From assembly GCA_965644315.1 (NCBI GenBank), contig CBFFRQ010000200.1:30429-94428 (forward strand): a stretch of 64,000 nucleotides of DNA. Reading direction: 5' to 3'. This stretch comes from Caecitellus pseudoparvulus. Its lineage: Eukaryota > Protista > Bigyra: Bicosoecida. This document shows positions 46,501-54,755 of this stretch, piece after piece; position 1 is the stretch's first letter, and every line of letters begins with the position of its first letter. A model generated the notes under the pieces. The model was not told where the DNA came from. It searched no databases and saw only the letters and a program-made list of their open reading frames with translations. The position numbers were made by a program, and so were the translations under genes.

Positions 46501-46671
46501 CGCAGCCTTGGCCCGTTCTGGGATGGGTGATGAGGGTGGACCCTGTGTTGGGTCTTTCGCTTTGCTTGTCACCGCATCAGTCCCGGAGGAGGGGGCGGCG
46601 CCGGTGGCAGGGCGAGCTCGCTGGGCTGGCGCTGGGGCGGGCGCCGGCGCTTTGGAGGAGGACGTGCCCAT
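37564..46671 (-). CDS. DEPDC5: GATOR1/SEACIT subunit DEPDC5/Iml1
   Basis: DQFISRAGVWR, TKVALRSRSA, QLSREMWDY..GELFVEKAL, HSVTVVVFSRTFF, EGNFLQAVNL, LTKQRIMDAGVGCDLV, NPF..NRRRWTH, WRSLTEPAILPLTT, NWNSID. About 3035 aa in one open frame from ATG 46671. Confidence 0.92.
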   Translation of the reverse strand: MGTSSSKAPAPAPAPAQRARPATGAAPSSGTDAVTSKAKDPTQGPPSSPIPERAKAAGSSSSTPSTAASPPAKQAPKSATKPAAGSGSAGRRPRNTWLRRRPKKTESPVDASTSASSTALDSPAVPSVAAHFTGPVQVELITHGADFSKDMLVLDPAVFPHIMPGDLLDIRAVPTALDSAPCAKAYAPSTACLATVPAHGKARGNFALSLDQHVAEKHGLRSRQTVVVRAADVAAFQADFAEVSIRDQFISRAGVWRVLAQLAGRCVHVGQNLNVGGARVQVRSLRHYLPGRGRDSDSAPLTSGIIHHRTKVALRSRSANIILALQLSREMWDYADDGELFVEKALSRFLATLTQRWNGDKVSHSVTVVVFSRTFFDYDVGLLQWLGLPQYREGVGEAPSAEPSASWPHCIPPHFPSAPVQSSPQPPSPDLPPDLAEAHTKAMALMHTLGPQGKGAAGPPGTTGMDLYTDVIRGDRALVLGARGQVQEDSYHVVLRDVTLADWGDLLPPLVRAVRHFVMQAKWGITRRWRATRRVIFARLKAHVDLLRLLGSLPPAAIVNVLGAAVCSPPVAVLHPGQVGASKADVDRLHAEAAALAHAARFSGQGVPSSCHEGNFLQAVNLCLNEFARSTVAPSLHNFGQHIVLVAPGAGHYQVDFHLSQLTKQRIMDAGVGCDLVNVSRPPLYHTPLFVFTRNPLGQQKHDASAAPLAASQLAHGPMARRLGREALKELAAALHSKQAYHRPYWLHASFFGPLCDGRATNLPHTAASSVEELARGTFKAAWSTTSPLVRGLAEACAALSGAVGNEPGSGGDPTLTQRAAQCTAQTRGSLQCSGVGALIHRQRQPDGSFHPLPSARMLSLYAPRLTPAGHELPSALLSTLAWYKRAGAAVGRLVLPHAAALRHAARPASNILPRSGQAAGGGGSSERDGAISGGGGHATAASARDSEGVLVHRSHEASAGSSGHRAGYLDSDTDGGSGGGRGVRDTVEFPDVSLAAIAYRHEVYEEATGMTGRPAYRVLTQAYGGPLDRVPQALTGPESEDEPGTPAPESWASDEQEGSERAGCVPGTQEPGQGPDSPRPAGLPDVPPGEVTPIAGCAAAPGSVGAVEEETHVGPEGLRGADLGAVVIGVAAAQDAISGSVQNSQLAVAVLSHSGVAYQGLGPVPGGWGGGSTAGSRSVITRGRAGKKPSGTSASALGAPSTSSCSGGSLARAGGGGPSTWLSADGSESALAGPNLPHSSSGGGWSADSADGIAPRLGKVGNSGGGFVVAEGRMVGLPPSCPPPGIPSHSDLAPWNRLLQQLVATAPPADTRALSRSASTAGPPATPRAPSPTAVVRACQAHDRALFERRGSHSALRPVPAAYPASAAVSLPASRVGSGAGLPTLVGSLGSSGSVAGEAGDANAMHVSVSQAGLALGEGGLPTDPSATRLSSNVSQASLSSSLWLPASVAQGRRGLLRASSTGALPDQSSLPGKSRLGQEAHRAVVRPQRSPYLRSFTEQQAAAAGRGLPSSLPRTDLGLPHLSSAGQGGGPRVLEAATPLALTMYHGPAPGSSPVFGVGLEEPEGGGALEGEGTGADGGGAGPSPSNEGASSPPPTPEDLAQATAVTGPTRIEQRPRQDISRARTAFLSAASPALASQRPPRRLRSGSAVTQSGGRMRSPLMGSMSAGLPPRSGSATIAGTGGDLALPPSRSGKGVAFRSGSGLRVVQESRQASSSGEVPSSLPTGVLLTALGNRPPSSIGPGAGVTTSAGLMARSRSTQGWRQPRRGAPSTPRESGRLPPALNTLTTERAARARAGSGRDSEGAADGGVALRLPTFGRGGEEAAGLGGEDGEEAFDPLFEREVEAVRTFLSQFVVNPFRRRRTQLEWAASANRRRWTHALAERPPTAASAASEVSLHPFTARGLDPSGDAAVFDPWEASCGALAPPWRSLTEPAILPLTTSFVPTSADLQNNFSESNYTLTPPLDPSAQTVRELLEAAASGKKADSAASATAGATRGASSASTSGTFRRKTGRWGGLGRQSRSKGPTAPPPNRTTDLSPAAQRLLDLRGRGDGLLWGPGSMPSLLADGQARCVDVPAAHMAVVRSMVELRLACDFQFVTPEEVALVGKGSPLLGRRGAEEGDSGMARLINIGAESGGGGASVPLYHLTLGHAIHVIVYNLNTSSVEVRTFYRKWGWRSTADWTQRAAGTVASLALPRTRPPPKAPPSPSHSSSATSSSAPPAPAAEVGVDAVTHSFMVWSAGARSFQPRRAAFRPSGLGGDPATAAVGTASASTSATGLNWNSIDTLLCSASQRLGSERGLKSCTLHWVLVPSRSQPAAVPPPGLARGASAPPTLQGVVQQGQAPAGVAAVGGSSGAGGGSGRDLLSPCSPALTSSNSAGTVSTCGLVTVDVAALWAYLVDGATSLVVEERSVGGGGSGGGGGGAVSPAPHGSSSGRRRIRTPERSGERPPRAWRRTEALGKFRFRGMILDAGTDVPWHSIEAQRAVVRLSLPLRTKWSSDGEGGDETPLWHPGTFPAPISDMFNWIEVSFPATYRQGHAFRVSVHWVAAWPQAVQGWLDGLTRKARQAGMLAVPAPATPLHVGTGADPAPSPDTPSHVLLPCPRGLPPVLPPPTPLAKAITWRTPSISACLPWAVVLSAGGGTLGPQHAAPPALQALARACGQAPAEAMAKPQVQNALTEGSAVPLADIAARAVLGLGQGLLARRPVGGAGPASHGHASLRPWVAAVQIPLHVTPPPDLSLALALLPGDLARKASSGALSHFDTLESLAARVQHDPTARTALLLASQDVWAWLRPWWCASSAGPSRLQLKLERFAVEACCYLPDTLLPRGRSTSRLFRSAASPPRTRPGDVGLLESKAESPASEASAGGSPAASPPQSKEGETAEESLDARPHPPDLRLPHPKQYEEGWSRSYVQGAYTHSPKAGLPGVAVPNGAWVLHFSQAGVRWSPAATRDSAVNALLASPANHQAHHQGKGQSGSAHPHAALLDHAPADPATANVALVADHAVALSVAFEMAADILSLVFAAIKPSG

Positions 46672-47150
46672 TGCAACAGTTGCGGGCACGTCGGCGGGGC
46701 ACCAGTTCGAAACCGAACACGGCAGTGCCCCTGGTCGGTGTGTCTGCGTGCCTCGCGCAGAAAGTCTCGAAGACGGAGCTCCTCTGTCCTACCGCCGGAG
46801 GCAACTCCAAAAAGATTGAGCAGCAAAGGCAAACTACACTTGGCCTGTGCCTACCTGGGAGAGAGTGGAGATGCCTCTGCCTCCAGGGTCTAGTTGGGGC
46901 GAGGGTTTTGCGTTTCTGCTGGGTTTGTGGAGAGTATTTGGCGTTGTGGAGGTGAACTTTGCAGTGGCACTGTAGCCTGAACGCAAGCCAGGTGGCGGGA
47001 TCCTCGTCAAAAACTCACAACGTAACCCTCACCATATAACCAAGTGTGGGTCCTTGCGTGACGAGTTGCGATTCCAACCAGCTCCAAGCGCGGTTCCAAC
47101 GCCAGTGCTTCGCACATCACCACGTAATCACGTTCACACACGTTGCTGGT

Positions 47151-48296
47151 ATGGCGGCAGCGCAACGCCTTGGCAAGCCCCAAGGCGCGGGGCAAGTTCA
47201 CGAAGAACGGGCATGCTTGGCTTTAGTCAAAGTGTTACCCTTCTTGGACGCTTTTTCCTTGTGCCAGGGTGAGGCCAAGCTTTCAGAAGGCGTGTCCGGT
47301 TGCTGGGCTCAAAATCCGCATCCTGCGCTCGCAGCCATGTCCACGTGCAGGGGGGCTTTCACGGCTGCTGCTGCTGGACCCCTTTGGCGTGTGCTTCTAG
47401 AGACTGTGTTCCACGTGCAGCCCAAGCCCCGTCGATCCCTCGCCACTGCCGCGCGGCATCGACAGGGCACTTCTCAAGACGCTGCCCATGGCCCTCCTGA
47501 CGTCACTGCGCCAGGCGTCGCCGTCCGTTCAACACTGTACGATGCACGGGAATGGGGACGGTTCCGGACATGGTATCGACGGGGGGCCTTGCCGGTGATT
47601 CCCCTTGCAGGCTCCCTCCCCTTCACAGTTGCAAGCTTGCCCCGGCGGCCTCTCCTCGCACCCATCCTTCCCCGCTCCACCCTGCCAAGTGACCCAGGCA
47701 AGGACCCCCCGGCCGACACAGGGGAGGACCTTGCCTTGTACTCGCCATGGAGGGCCCCTGGGCTGCAGCTCTCCTTCGGAGTGCACCACAAGGAGGACTG
47801 TTCGCTACACGGCCCTCCTGGCGGCGGGCTGCAGACCCTTCGCCTGCGATTCATCGCACAGAACATGCACCCAACGGCACGATACGCAGTGGATGTCTCT
47901 GCCTGTCGCTTGGTGCCAGTGTCAGGTGCTGGCGAGGAGCAGGAAGGCGAGCTGCAAGCGGTGGAGTGGCGGTCGCCGTCTGCCACTGCGCCGAAGCTAG
48001 AGGCGCCCGCGTCGCACCAGCCCACAGCCGATGCGGACAGTGTGTGCCTTGGCTATGGGCAAAGTGCATCTGGTATCATTGGCTTCCGCTTTCCGGCAGG
48101 GACTGTGGAACCCGCAGCTCTGGAGCGTTGCAAAGGGTTGCTCGTCCCGGTCGCAGAGTCACCAGCTACACCCCATCAGGTTGCTGATTGGCAGCCAGTG
48201 AGCGTGCCATTTATCGCTGGTGATGCAGTGTGGAAACACTACACGTACATGCCAGGCGGCTGTTTGACTCTGGGCGCGCCGAGTGATCTGGTGTAG
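47151..48296 (+). CDS. F-box-like protein
   Basis: Removing the in-frame intron 47269-47334 gives LVKVLPFLDAFSLCQAMSTCR..GPLWRVL, an F-box-like pattern; C-terminal domain not recognised. Confidence 0.55.
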   Translation: MAAAQRLGKPQGAGQVHEERACLALVKVLPFLDAFSLCQGEAKLSEGVSGCWAQNPHPALAAMSTCRGAFTAAAAGPLWRVLLETVFHVQPKPRRSLATAARHRQGTSQDAAHGPPDVTAPGVAVRSTLYDAREWGRFRTWYRRGALPVIPLAGSLPFTVASLPRRPLLAPILPRSTLPSDPGKDPPADTGEDLALYSPWRAPGLQLSFGVHHKEDCSLHGPPGGGLQTLRLRFIAQNMHPTARYAVDVSACRLVPVSGAGEEQEGELQAVEWRSPSATAPKLEAPASHQPTADADSVCLGYGQSASGIIGFRFPAGTVEPAALERCKGLLVPVAESPATPHQVADWQPVSVPFIAGDAVWKHYTYMPGGCLTLGAPSDLV

Positions 48297-48530
48297 TGGG
48301 TAAGGTTGGCCGGGCAGCGCCAGTCTGCACCGCAGCCCATAATTCAAACGTGCGAGGGTTTGCCTGCAAGGTGATGTGCCTGCAACTCAATTCAATGCAG
48401 GGATCGCTGGTTGTGTGGGCAGTTTGACTCGAGCGTGCCTGCTGGCCGGCCTGCGCGGAAATTGACTGGCTACCCAACGCCAGCCATTCTCAGCCGAGCT
48501 TTGAAGTTGCGCGCAGAGCGAGAAGCGGCC

Positions 48531-51500
48531 ATGAGCAGCACCCTTGAGCAGAAGATTGAAGCAGCCATTGCTGCTGTCGGTGCCGCGACTTCTGCCGCAC
48601 AGCCCCGTGGGGCTCCCCGAAGCAGAGGAGCTGGCGAGGTGAGCCACGCGCTGCTGCTGCAGCAACGCGTCGCTGCAGCATTTGCACTGCTTTCTGTCTG
48701 CAGGTGGATGTGGCAGGGGCGCAAGGGGTGCCTTCCACCGTTGGAAGTGGGGGAGCAGGCCATGTCGATGAAGCTGACAGCTCGCCAGGTGCGCTCGGGC
48801 TTCAGCCCGCTGTGAGCTTGTCACCAGCTTCCATGACTGAGACCAGCGAGGAATCCCTGCCCACAAGCTTGGACGATGATGACGAGGATGTTGCTGCTGC
48901 GCCGCCAGCAACTGGTGTGGGGAGGCATGCGTTTCCAGTGGCCCCCCATGGTGCGCTTCCGCTGCATGGTGGTGGTGCCGGTTCGCTGCAGCACCCACCA
49001 GCTGCTGCGTCGGCTCGCCTTACTGATCGGCTGGTTGATGATGGGGAGCTGCTGTTGAGCGGGCCTGAAGCAGTGCTGAGTCCCAGCAGTGCTGGGCGGG
49101 CCCAGGGAGTTGCAGGTGCGAGCGCGGAAGTCACAACAGGCCGGGCATCAAATCCCGCACCTCGGCGAGGGGGCCGCATTGTAAAGCCGGGGCAAGACAG
49201 CCAGTCAATGCCGTCCAGTACTGCTTTGGTTGCGCGTGCAGGCACGAAAGTCACCCCTGGCCGCCGTCGAAAGCCCTTGGCGCCGAAAAAGGTGACCCAG
49301 GTGGTGGCGCCTGCAGTTGCCGACAAGGGCACGCACAACACCGACCTCCGCCGAGCGCTGTCCATCTCACGGCGTGCGGGGAAGGTCATTCCAGATGCGC
49401 CGCCGCCTGCGTCAGACTGGGGTGGCTGGGACTTCAACGGCCCCGCCCGGCCGCCGTCCCCTCGTCGTGCGCGGGAGGCTGAGCGGCGCGCCGAATCAGC
49501 CATCGTGGCCATGCAAGCGCAGGCTCGGAAGCAGCAGCGCTTGACAGGGCAGTCGCTGGAAAGCAGTGTCAACAGGCTGTACTCAGGCAGCCGCGCCTCC
49601 TCCGCCCGCCGATCGCCTGCCAAACCTGCCGAGGAGGCCGAGCTCACGTTTTCACCCCGCATAACAGCCCGTGCCCGGGCCCTTGGTCGGCGCCGGGTCG
49701 CCCAAGAAGGCAGCCCTGGCCGTGCGCAGTCCGTGGACACGGCGGCATCTCAGCGCAGGCGTGCCGAGGCGCTGCACGCTGAGGCTGCACGGTCCAAGGC
49801 GCGGCGGGCGGCGCGTGCCGCAGCTCTGCAGAAGGAGCAGTGCACCTTCCAGCCAGTGCTGAGCGCCCGCAGCCAGCGCTTGGCTCGAGCCAAGTCCGCT
49901 GAACCTCAGCAGCGGGGCGGCAGCATAGCAGCAGGCCAGCGTCTGTTCGAGTCGGCCACGCGGCAGCAGGCGAGGCTTGCTGCTGAGCGGGCCGCGAAGG
50001 AGGCACACCCACCAGGGGCAACGTTCTCACCGCGCCTGAACAGACCTCGCAGTGCCTCGCGCGGCTCCACTGGGACACCTGCAGCCCGCAGGCCGCTGTA
50101 CGACGCTGAAGGACTGGCTGCAGCGGAAGCGAAGCTGGCCGCACTGCGGCAGCAGCTGGCGACACAGGGCTGCACCTTCTCACCCAGCACCAACCACAAC
50201 TCCAAGTTCAAGGATAGGGGCCGCGTGGCAGTGCCTCGACAGCGCTCTCTGAGCAGCACGGGTCACAGCCGCAGCAGCAGCGCGTCACGGCGCGAGCCTG
50301 GGGACTTGCCTGTGGGAGAGCGGCTGTACGAGGCTGCGAAAGCCAAAGCTGCCCATTTGGCTGCGAAAGTCGAAGCCAAACGCGAGGCTGAGGAGCGAAG
50401 CACCCCTTTCACGCCCCAGGTGGACAAGAGGTCTGCCGTGCTCGCACGCAGGCATCGGGCGCGGCAGTCACACAGCATCGCTGCGGCACTGGAAGGCTCA
50501 GCACTTGCGCCGCGTGCCCAGTTAGTGACCAATCCTGGCGACACTTCACGTCAGCCCATCACTGTGGTGCAAGGCTGCGGGGACCAGGAGGGTGCAGCCG
50601 GCGAGAAAGCGCAGCCTGACGGCGTGGTACTGCACATTCCCGACGGCGGCGTCAGCCTCGGGAGCGGCGCTACAGTCGTCGCCGCTTCGGGTCACCTGGA
50701 GCAGAAGAGTGCCACGTCTGACGCAGACAGCCGGGCTGCACCACCGCCGGCGCAGCTGTCCAAGTCTGCCGCCACAGCACACCGCCTGTACGCTGAGGCA
50801 TGGGTGGTGGCTGCCAAGCGTACTGAGGCCCAGGCTGCAGCCCAGGAGGCTGAGGAGGCGCAGTGCACGTTCCAGCCTCGCACACTGGCGTCTTCCGCGA
50901 AGCTGGTGTCAGGGCGCTCTGAGGATGGGCAGGCAGTGTGGCAGCGCCTGCACAGGCAGAAGCCCAACCACGACGAAGCCATGCGGCAGGCTGCGGCGGC
51001 CAGGGAGGCTGCCGAGGAAGCGCAGTGCACGTTCCAGCCACAACTGCCCCCCACATCGTTCGCTCGACGGGTGCATGGTGACACCAAGGCTGTCGCAGGC
51101 AATGTTGTGGAGCGCTTGTACACGCCAGTCAAAGCCTCACCCCCACCGCCCAAGCCTCGCTCTGCCGCTTCCCCCGAGACGTTCGACCGTCTGCACCGCG
51201 GCCAGCGGTGGCAATCTAGTGACCACTCAGCGCGGAGCATGCATGAGCGCTCGCCACGGGGAAGAGCCGCTCCCATTTTGGATCAGCCAAGTCCAAGCGT
51301 TGGCCACCCACGTTCGAGCCTTGCCTTCCACTCCAACCCTGCTTCACCCACCCGACGTGCGAAGCATCGAACGGCACGTCCTGCTGCGAATCCACCGCCG
51401 CCTCCTTCTACGAAACTCGAGGATGGCGTGGGTGAGCAGGGCAGTGTGCAGGGCGAGGGTGGCGTGCCTGAGCAGGGCAGTGTGCAGGGCGAGGATGGCG

Positions 51501-52549
51501 TGCCTGAGCAGGGCAGTGTGCAGGGCGAGGGTGGCGTGGGTGAGCAGGGCAGTGTGCAGGGCGAGGATGGCGTGCCTGAGCAGGGCAGTGTGCAGGGCGA
51601 GGGTGGCGTGCCTGAGCAGGGCAGTGTGCAGGGCGAGGATGGCGTGCCTGAGCAGGGCAGTGTGCAGGGCGAGGGTGGCGTGCCTGAGCAGGGCAGTGTG
51701 CAGGGCGAGGATGGCGTGCCTGAGCAGGGCAGTGTGCAGGGCGAGGATGGTGTGGGTGAGCAGGGCAGTGTGCAGGGCGAGGATGGCGTGGGTGAGCAGG
51801 GCAGTGTGCAGGGCGAGGATGGCGTGGGTGAGCAGGGCAGTGTGCAGGGCGAGGACGGCGTGCCTGAGCAGGGCAGTGTGCAGGGCGAGGATGGTGTGGG
51901 TGAGCAGGGCAGTGTGCAGGGCGAGGATGGTGTGCCTGAGCAGGGCAGTGTGCAGGGCGAGGATGGTGTGGGTGAGCAGGGCAGTGTGCAGGGCGAGGAT
52001 GGTGTGGGTGAGCAGGGCAGTGTGCAGGGCGAGGATGGCGTGCCTGAGCAGGGCAGTGTGCAGGGCGAGGGTGGCGTGGGTGAGCAGGGCAGTGTGCAGG
52101 GCGAGGATGGCGTGCCTGAGCAGGGCAGTGTGCAGGGCGAGGATGGAGCAGCTTCTGACGACAGCAGCTCGGTCTTATCTGCTGCAAGCAGCAGCAGTGC
52201 TGGCAGCATGACTGCAGACATGCTTGACCGCATCGCAGCTGCATTGAACCCAGAGGCCCATGCGCCGTCTTCTGAGCCTGCTGTATTTGAGACTCAAGCC
52301 ACAGCTGCCGAGGCAGAGGCTGCTGGTCCCATCAGCTCGGACGCCTCCTTCGCCAAAGCGCCAAGTGCGGTTGACGAGGAGCCTCGTGCAGCAGACAGTG
52401 CCACCGAGGGTACCCTTCTTGCAAGTGGAGCTGCATTGGGGGAGCCTTCGTCCACTTCTCAACCCGACAGGGAGCCTAGTCCAGTCCATGGCAGAGAATC
52501 TTCACAAGAGTCAATTGAGGACTTTGCGGTCTTGGACGGTGCAAAATGA
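48531..52549 (+). CDS. Basic low-complexity protein with seven dispersed (C/L/A)TF(S/Q)P-type modules and an acidic 12-aa tandem repeat; possible cytoskeletal protein
   Basis: ATG 48531, intron 48639-48703, then the long frame 48704-52549. Modules LTFSP, CTFQP, ATFSP, CTFSP, PFTP, CTFQP, CTFQP, mostly preceded by RLY/RLF/RLH. Confidence 0.75.
51418..52146 (+). repeat. 36-bp coding minisatellite, 20 full copies, encoding E[D/G]GV[P/G]EQGSVQG
   Basis: Unit GAG G(A/G)T GG(C/T) GTG (CC/GG)T GAG CAG GGC AGT GTG CAG GGC; 729 nt; no spacers. Confidence 0.97.
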
Positions 52550-52564
52550 CGGTCAGGGGACTGT

Positions 52565-53992
52565 CTAGGCTTCTCGGAGCATGTCCAGCACGGTGCTGCG
52601 GCTCAACGGCGCCAGCGTGCTGACCATGGCAGGGTCTCCCTCTGCGGAGCTGGCCATGCGCTCAAAGTCTGCATCTGTAAAATCGTGGTCTGACAGCTGT
52701 GGCAGCTGCAGCGGCTGTGCCCACTGCGACAGCGCGCCCTCCAGGCCTTGCCCAGGCGTGTGGCCCGTCGACTCTGCGAGGAGAGTCTCCAGGAGTTCCA
52801 GGCCACGAGAGGCGACGGCGAGGCTCCCCTCATCCACGCCGCCTGCCTCTTCTGCAGCGGCCACTGCCTCGGCTGCGTGGGAGACGATGCTGGGCATGAG
52901 GCCGCCAACCACTTCGGAGTATGGAAGTCGGTACCGGCCGACAACCCCCAGCCCCACTGCCCGGGCATGGTTCCCAGGGCTAGTGGCCATGGCTGCACTG
53001 GTGAGAACGCTGGCCAATGCAACAGCATCCACAGCATGGGCATCACGGCCCTCAGCGGCGTCTGCGCCGTGCTGAAGCAGGGCCCTCACCGCCTCTGTGG
53101 CTGGCTGCAGGCAGGCACTGCTGCCGGACAGCATAGCGCTGGCAGCGTGCGCCAGCGTGGCTGCCGTGGCCATGCCCACGGTGGGCTGGGGCGCGTTGCT
53201 GTACAGCCCTGGGTCCACGAGGGCCAGGCGGGGGGAGTCTGTGAGCGGGTGTAGAGGGAACAGTGCCTCGTTCTTGAACAGCGCGTAGGAGGTGGAGGCC
53301 AGCTCCAAGGCCGCCGGCAGTGTGGGCATGATGACTGTGGGCAGGGAGGGGAAGGTGAACTCCCGTTCCCCGCCCATGTCCTTGGAGAATTCGCGCAGCG
53401 TGCCGTTGTGGGCGAGGGCTGCTGCCAGCACACGTGCGGTCTCCTGCACGCCCCCGCCGCCCATGCCCACGACGAAGGAGGCTCCCAGGCGCCGTGCGAT
53501 GTCCTGGGCAGCTGCGATGGTCTCCGTGGATGGCACTCCGTCTGGCACCACGAACTGCATGGGGTTCAGCCCGGCCTGTGAGGAGCAGAGCGGTTGTCGG
53601 TATGCGTCAACCGTGCACAGAGCTGACCCCAGCCCACGCACCTTCTGCATGAAATACTGGAGAGGCTGCACGAGCTCTTCGTCCTCGCAGCGTTTGGAAC
53701 AAAGGACTATGCCGCGGCCGTGTGCACCGAAGCGCCGCATGTGCACTCCGCCCTGCGTTGGGTGGGCGAGTGGGCTCGTGAACCTGGCATGTCAGCGCCA
53801 GCGCGGAAGGTGGCGGCGCGTGCGCACGGTTTCGACAAGTCCGCGTTCAAAAACGACAGAAGCAGATGGACGGGCGTCCTTCACGGCAGCGTGCATGTAG
53901 GACACATCCGCAGCGGCTGTTGCGGCGGAGCTACAGTGCCTGCCGTGCGCGGACGCAACTCGGCGCAGGTGAACTGCAGCTGCGGCTCTCAT
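52565..53992 (-). CDS. Iron-containing alcohol dehydrogenase-fold protein with degenerate active site; probable mitochondrial presequence
   Basis: MRAAAAVHLRRVASAHGRHCSS presequence; VVFERG, FVVGMGGGGVQETAR, IMPT, PRLALVDPGL, TLAHA, GNHA; two predicted introns. Confidence 0.75.
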
Positions 53993-54163
53993 TTCAGCTG
54001 CTGAGGGCTGCAGTTGGCAAGGTGGGACAAAATGAACAAACGCTTCTAATCACAGTGCAGAGAATGCCCTTCCACTTTATTTTTTTCACAGGAACGCGTG
54101 CATCTGTGTGTGCAGGGCTTCGACTCCTGACCGGCGGCGTTGCGCCTGCGTTTCGTTCTGGCC

Positions 54164-54724
54164 ATGGCAGACAGCGATGGCAGGCACTCGCCTCAGAGCC
54201 TGCCGGAGGAGCCACCTGTGGGCGCTGTGATTTTTCCATTGGCACCAGGTGTCACCCACCCCTTCTCGCTGGAAGACGGTGTGGCCGCTCCAACGCTGCC
54301 GTCGCTGCCGGACCTGCAGGCAGTGCAGGGTGTGGGCAGCGATGCGGCAGCTACCTTGCAGGCCGTCGCTTCAGCTGCCGAGTCGGAGCAAACACCATCT
54401 CCCCCATCTGCAGCAGCTGCATTTGGGCCATGGAGCCTGTTTTCTCCCCGCCGGGCGAAGAAACGCCCTCGGGCAGTGGATACCCTACAGCAGGGTGGTG
54501 TGACTCCGGCAGTTGCCGCCCGAGCGCAGCGTCAGGCGGCCGCTGCAGCGCGCAGGGTGAGCCACCCTCACGGACGAGGCGCAGGGAAGGGGCGTGATCT
54601 GCACCCCGCCTCTGGGGAGCCGCTTTTCGTCGACCTGCACCCCTCGTGGCAAGCTCGTCGCCAGATCCGAGGCAGGCAGCGCAAGGCTGTTCGGCGGGAC
54701 CTGGCCCAGGCCGTCGCAGAGTAG
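54164..54724 (+). CDS. Hypothetical protein with a C-terminal LHPSWQARR motif reminiscent of BUD22/SRFBP1
   Basis: ATG in GCCATGG context; 186-aa frame; basic C-terminus DLHPSWQARRQIRGRQRK. Family call rests on one short motif. Confidence 0.4.
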   Translation: MADSDGRHSPQSLPEEPPVGAVIFPLAPGVTHPFSLEDGVAAPTLPSLPDLQAVQGVGSDAAATLQAVASAAESEQTPSPPSAAAAFGPWSLFSPRRAKKRPRAVDTLQQGGVTPAVAARAQRQAAAAARRVSHPHGRGAGKGRDLHPASGEPLFVDLHPSWQARRQIRGRQRKAVRRDLAQAVAE

Positions 54725-54755
54725 GCCGCCGCAGTGCAGAAACAAGAGCGTGCAT

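Noticed and set aside
51418-52146. 36-bp repeat as a CRISPR array
   Set aside because: Units are contiguous with no unique spacers, lie in frame in a eukaryotic CDS, and no cas genes are present.
50592-52244. Overlapping Cys/His-rich ORFs (SRAVCRAR, PCTLPCS, PRPAHCPA repeats)
   Set aside because: Alternative-frame and antisense readings of the stop-poor minisatellite.
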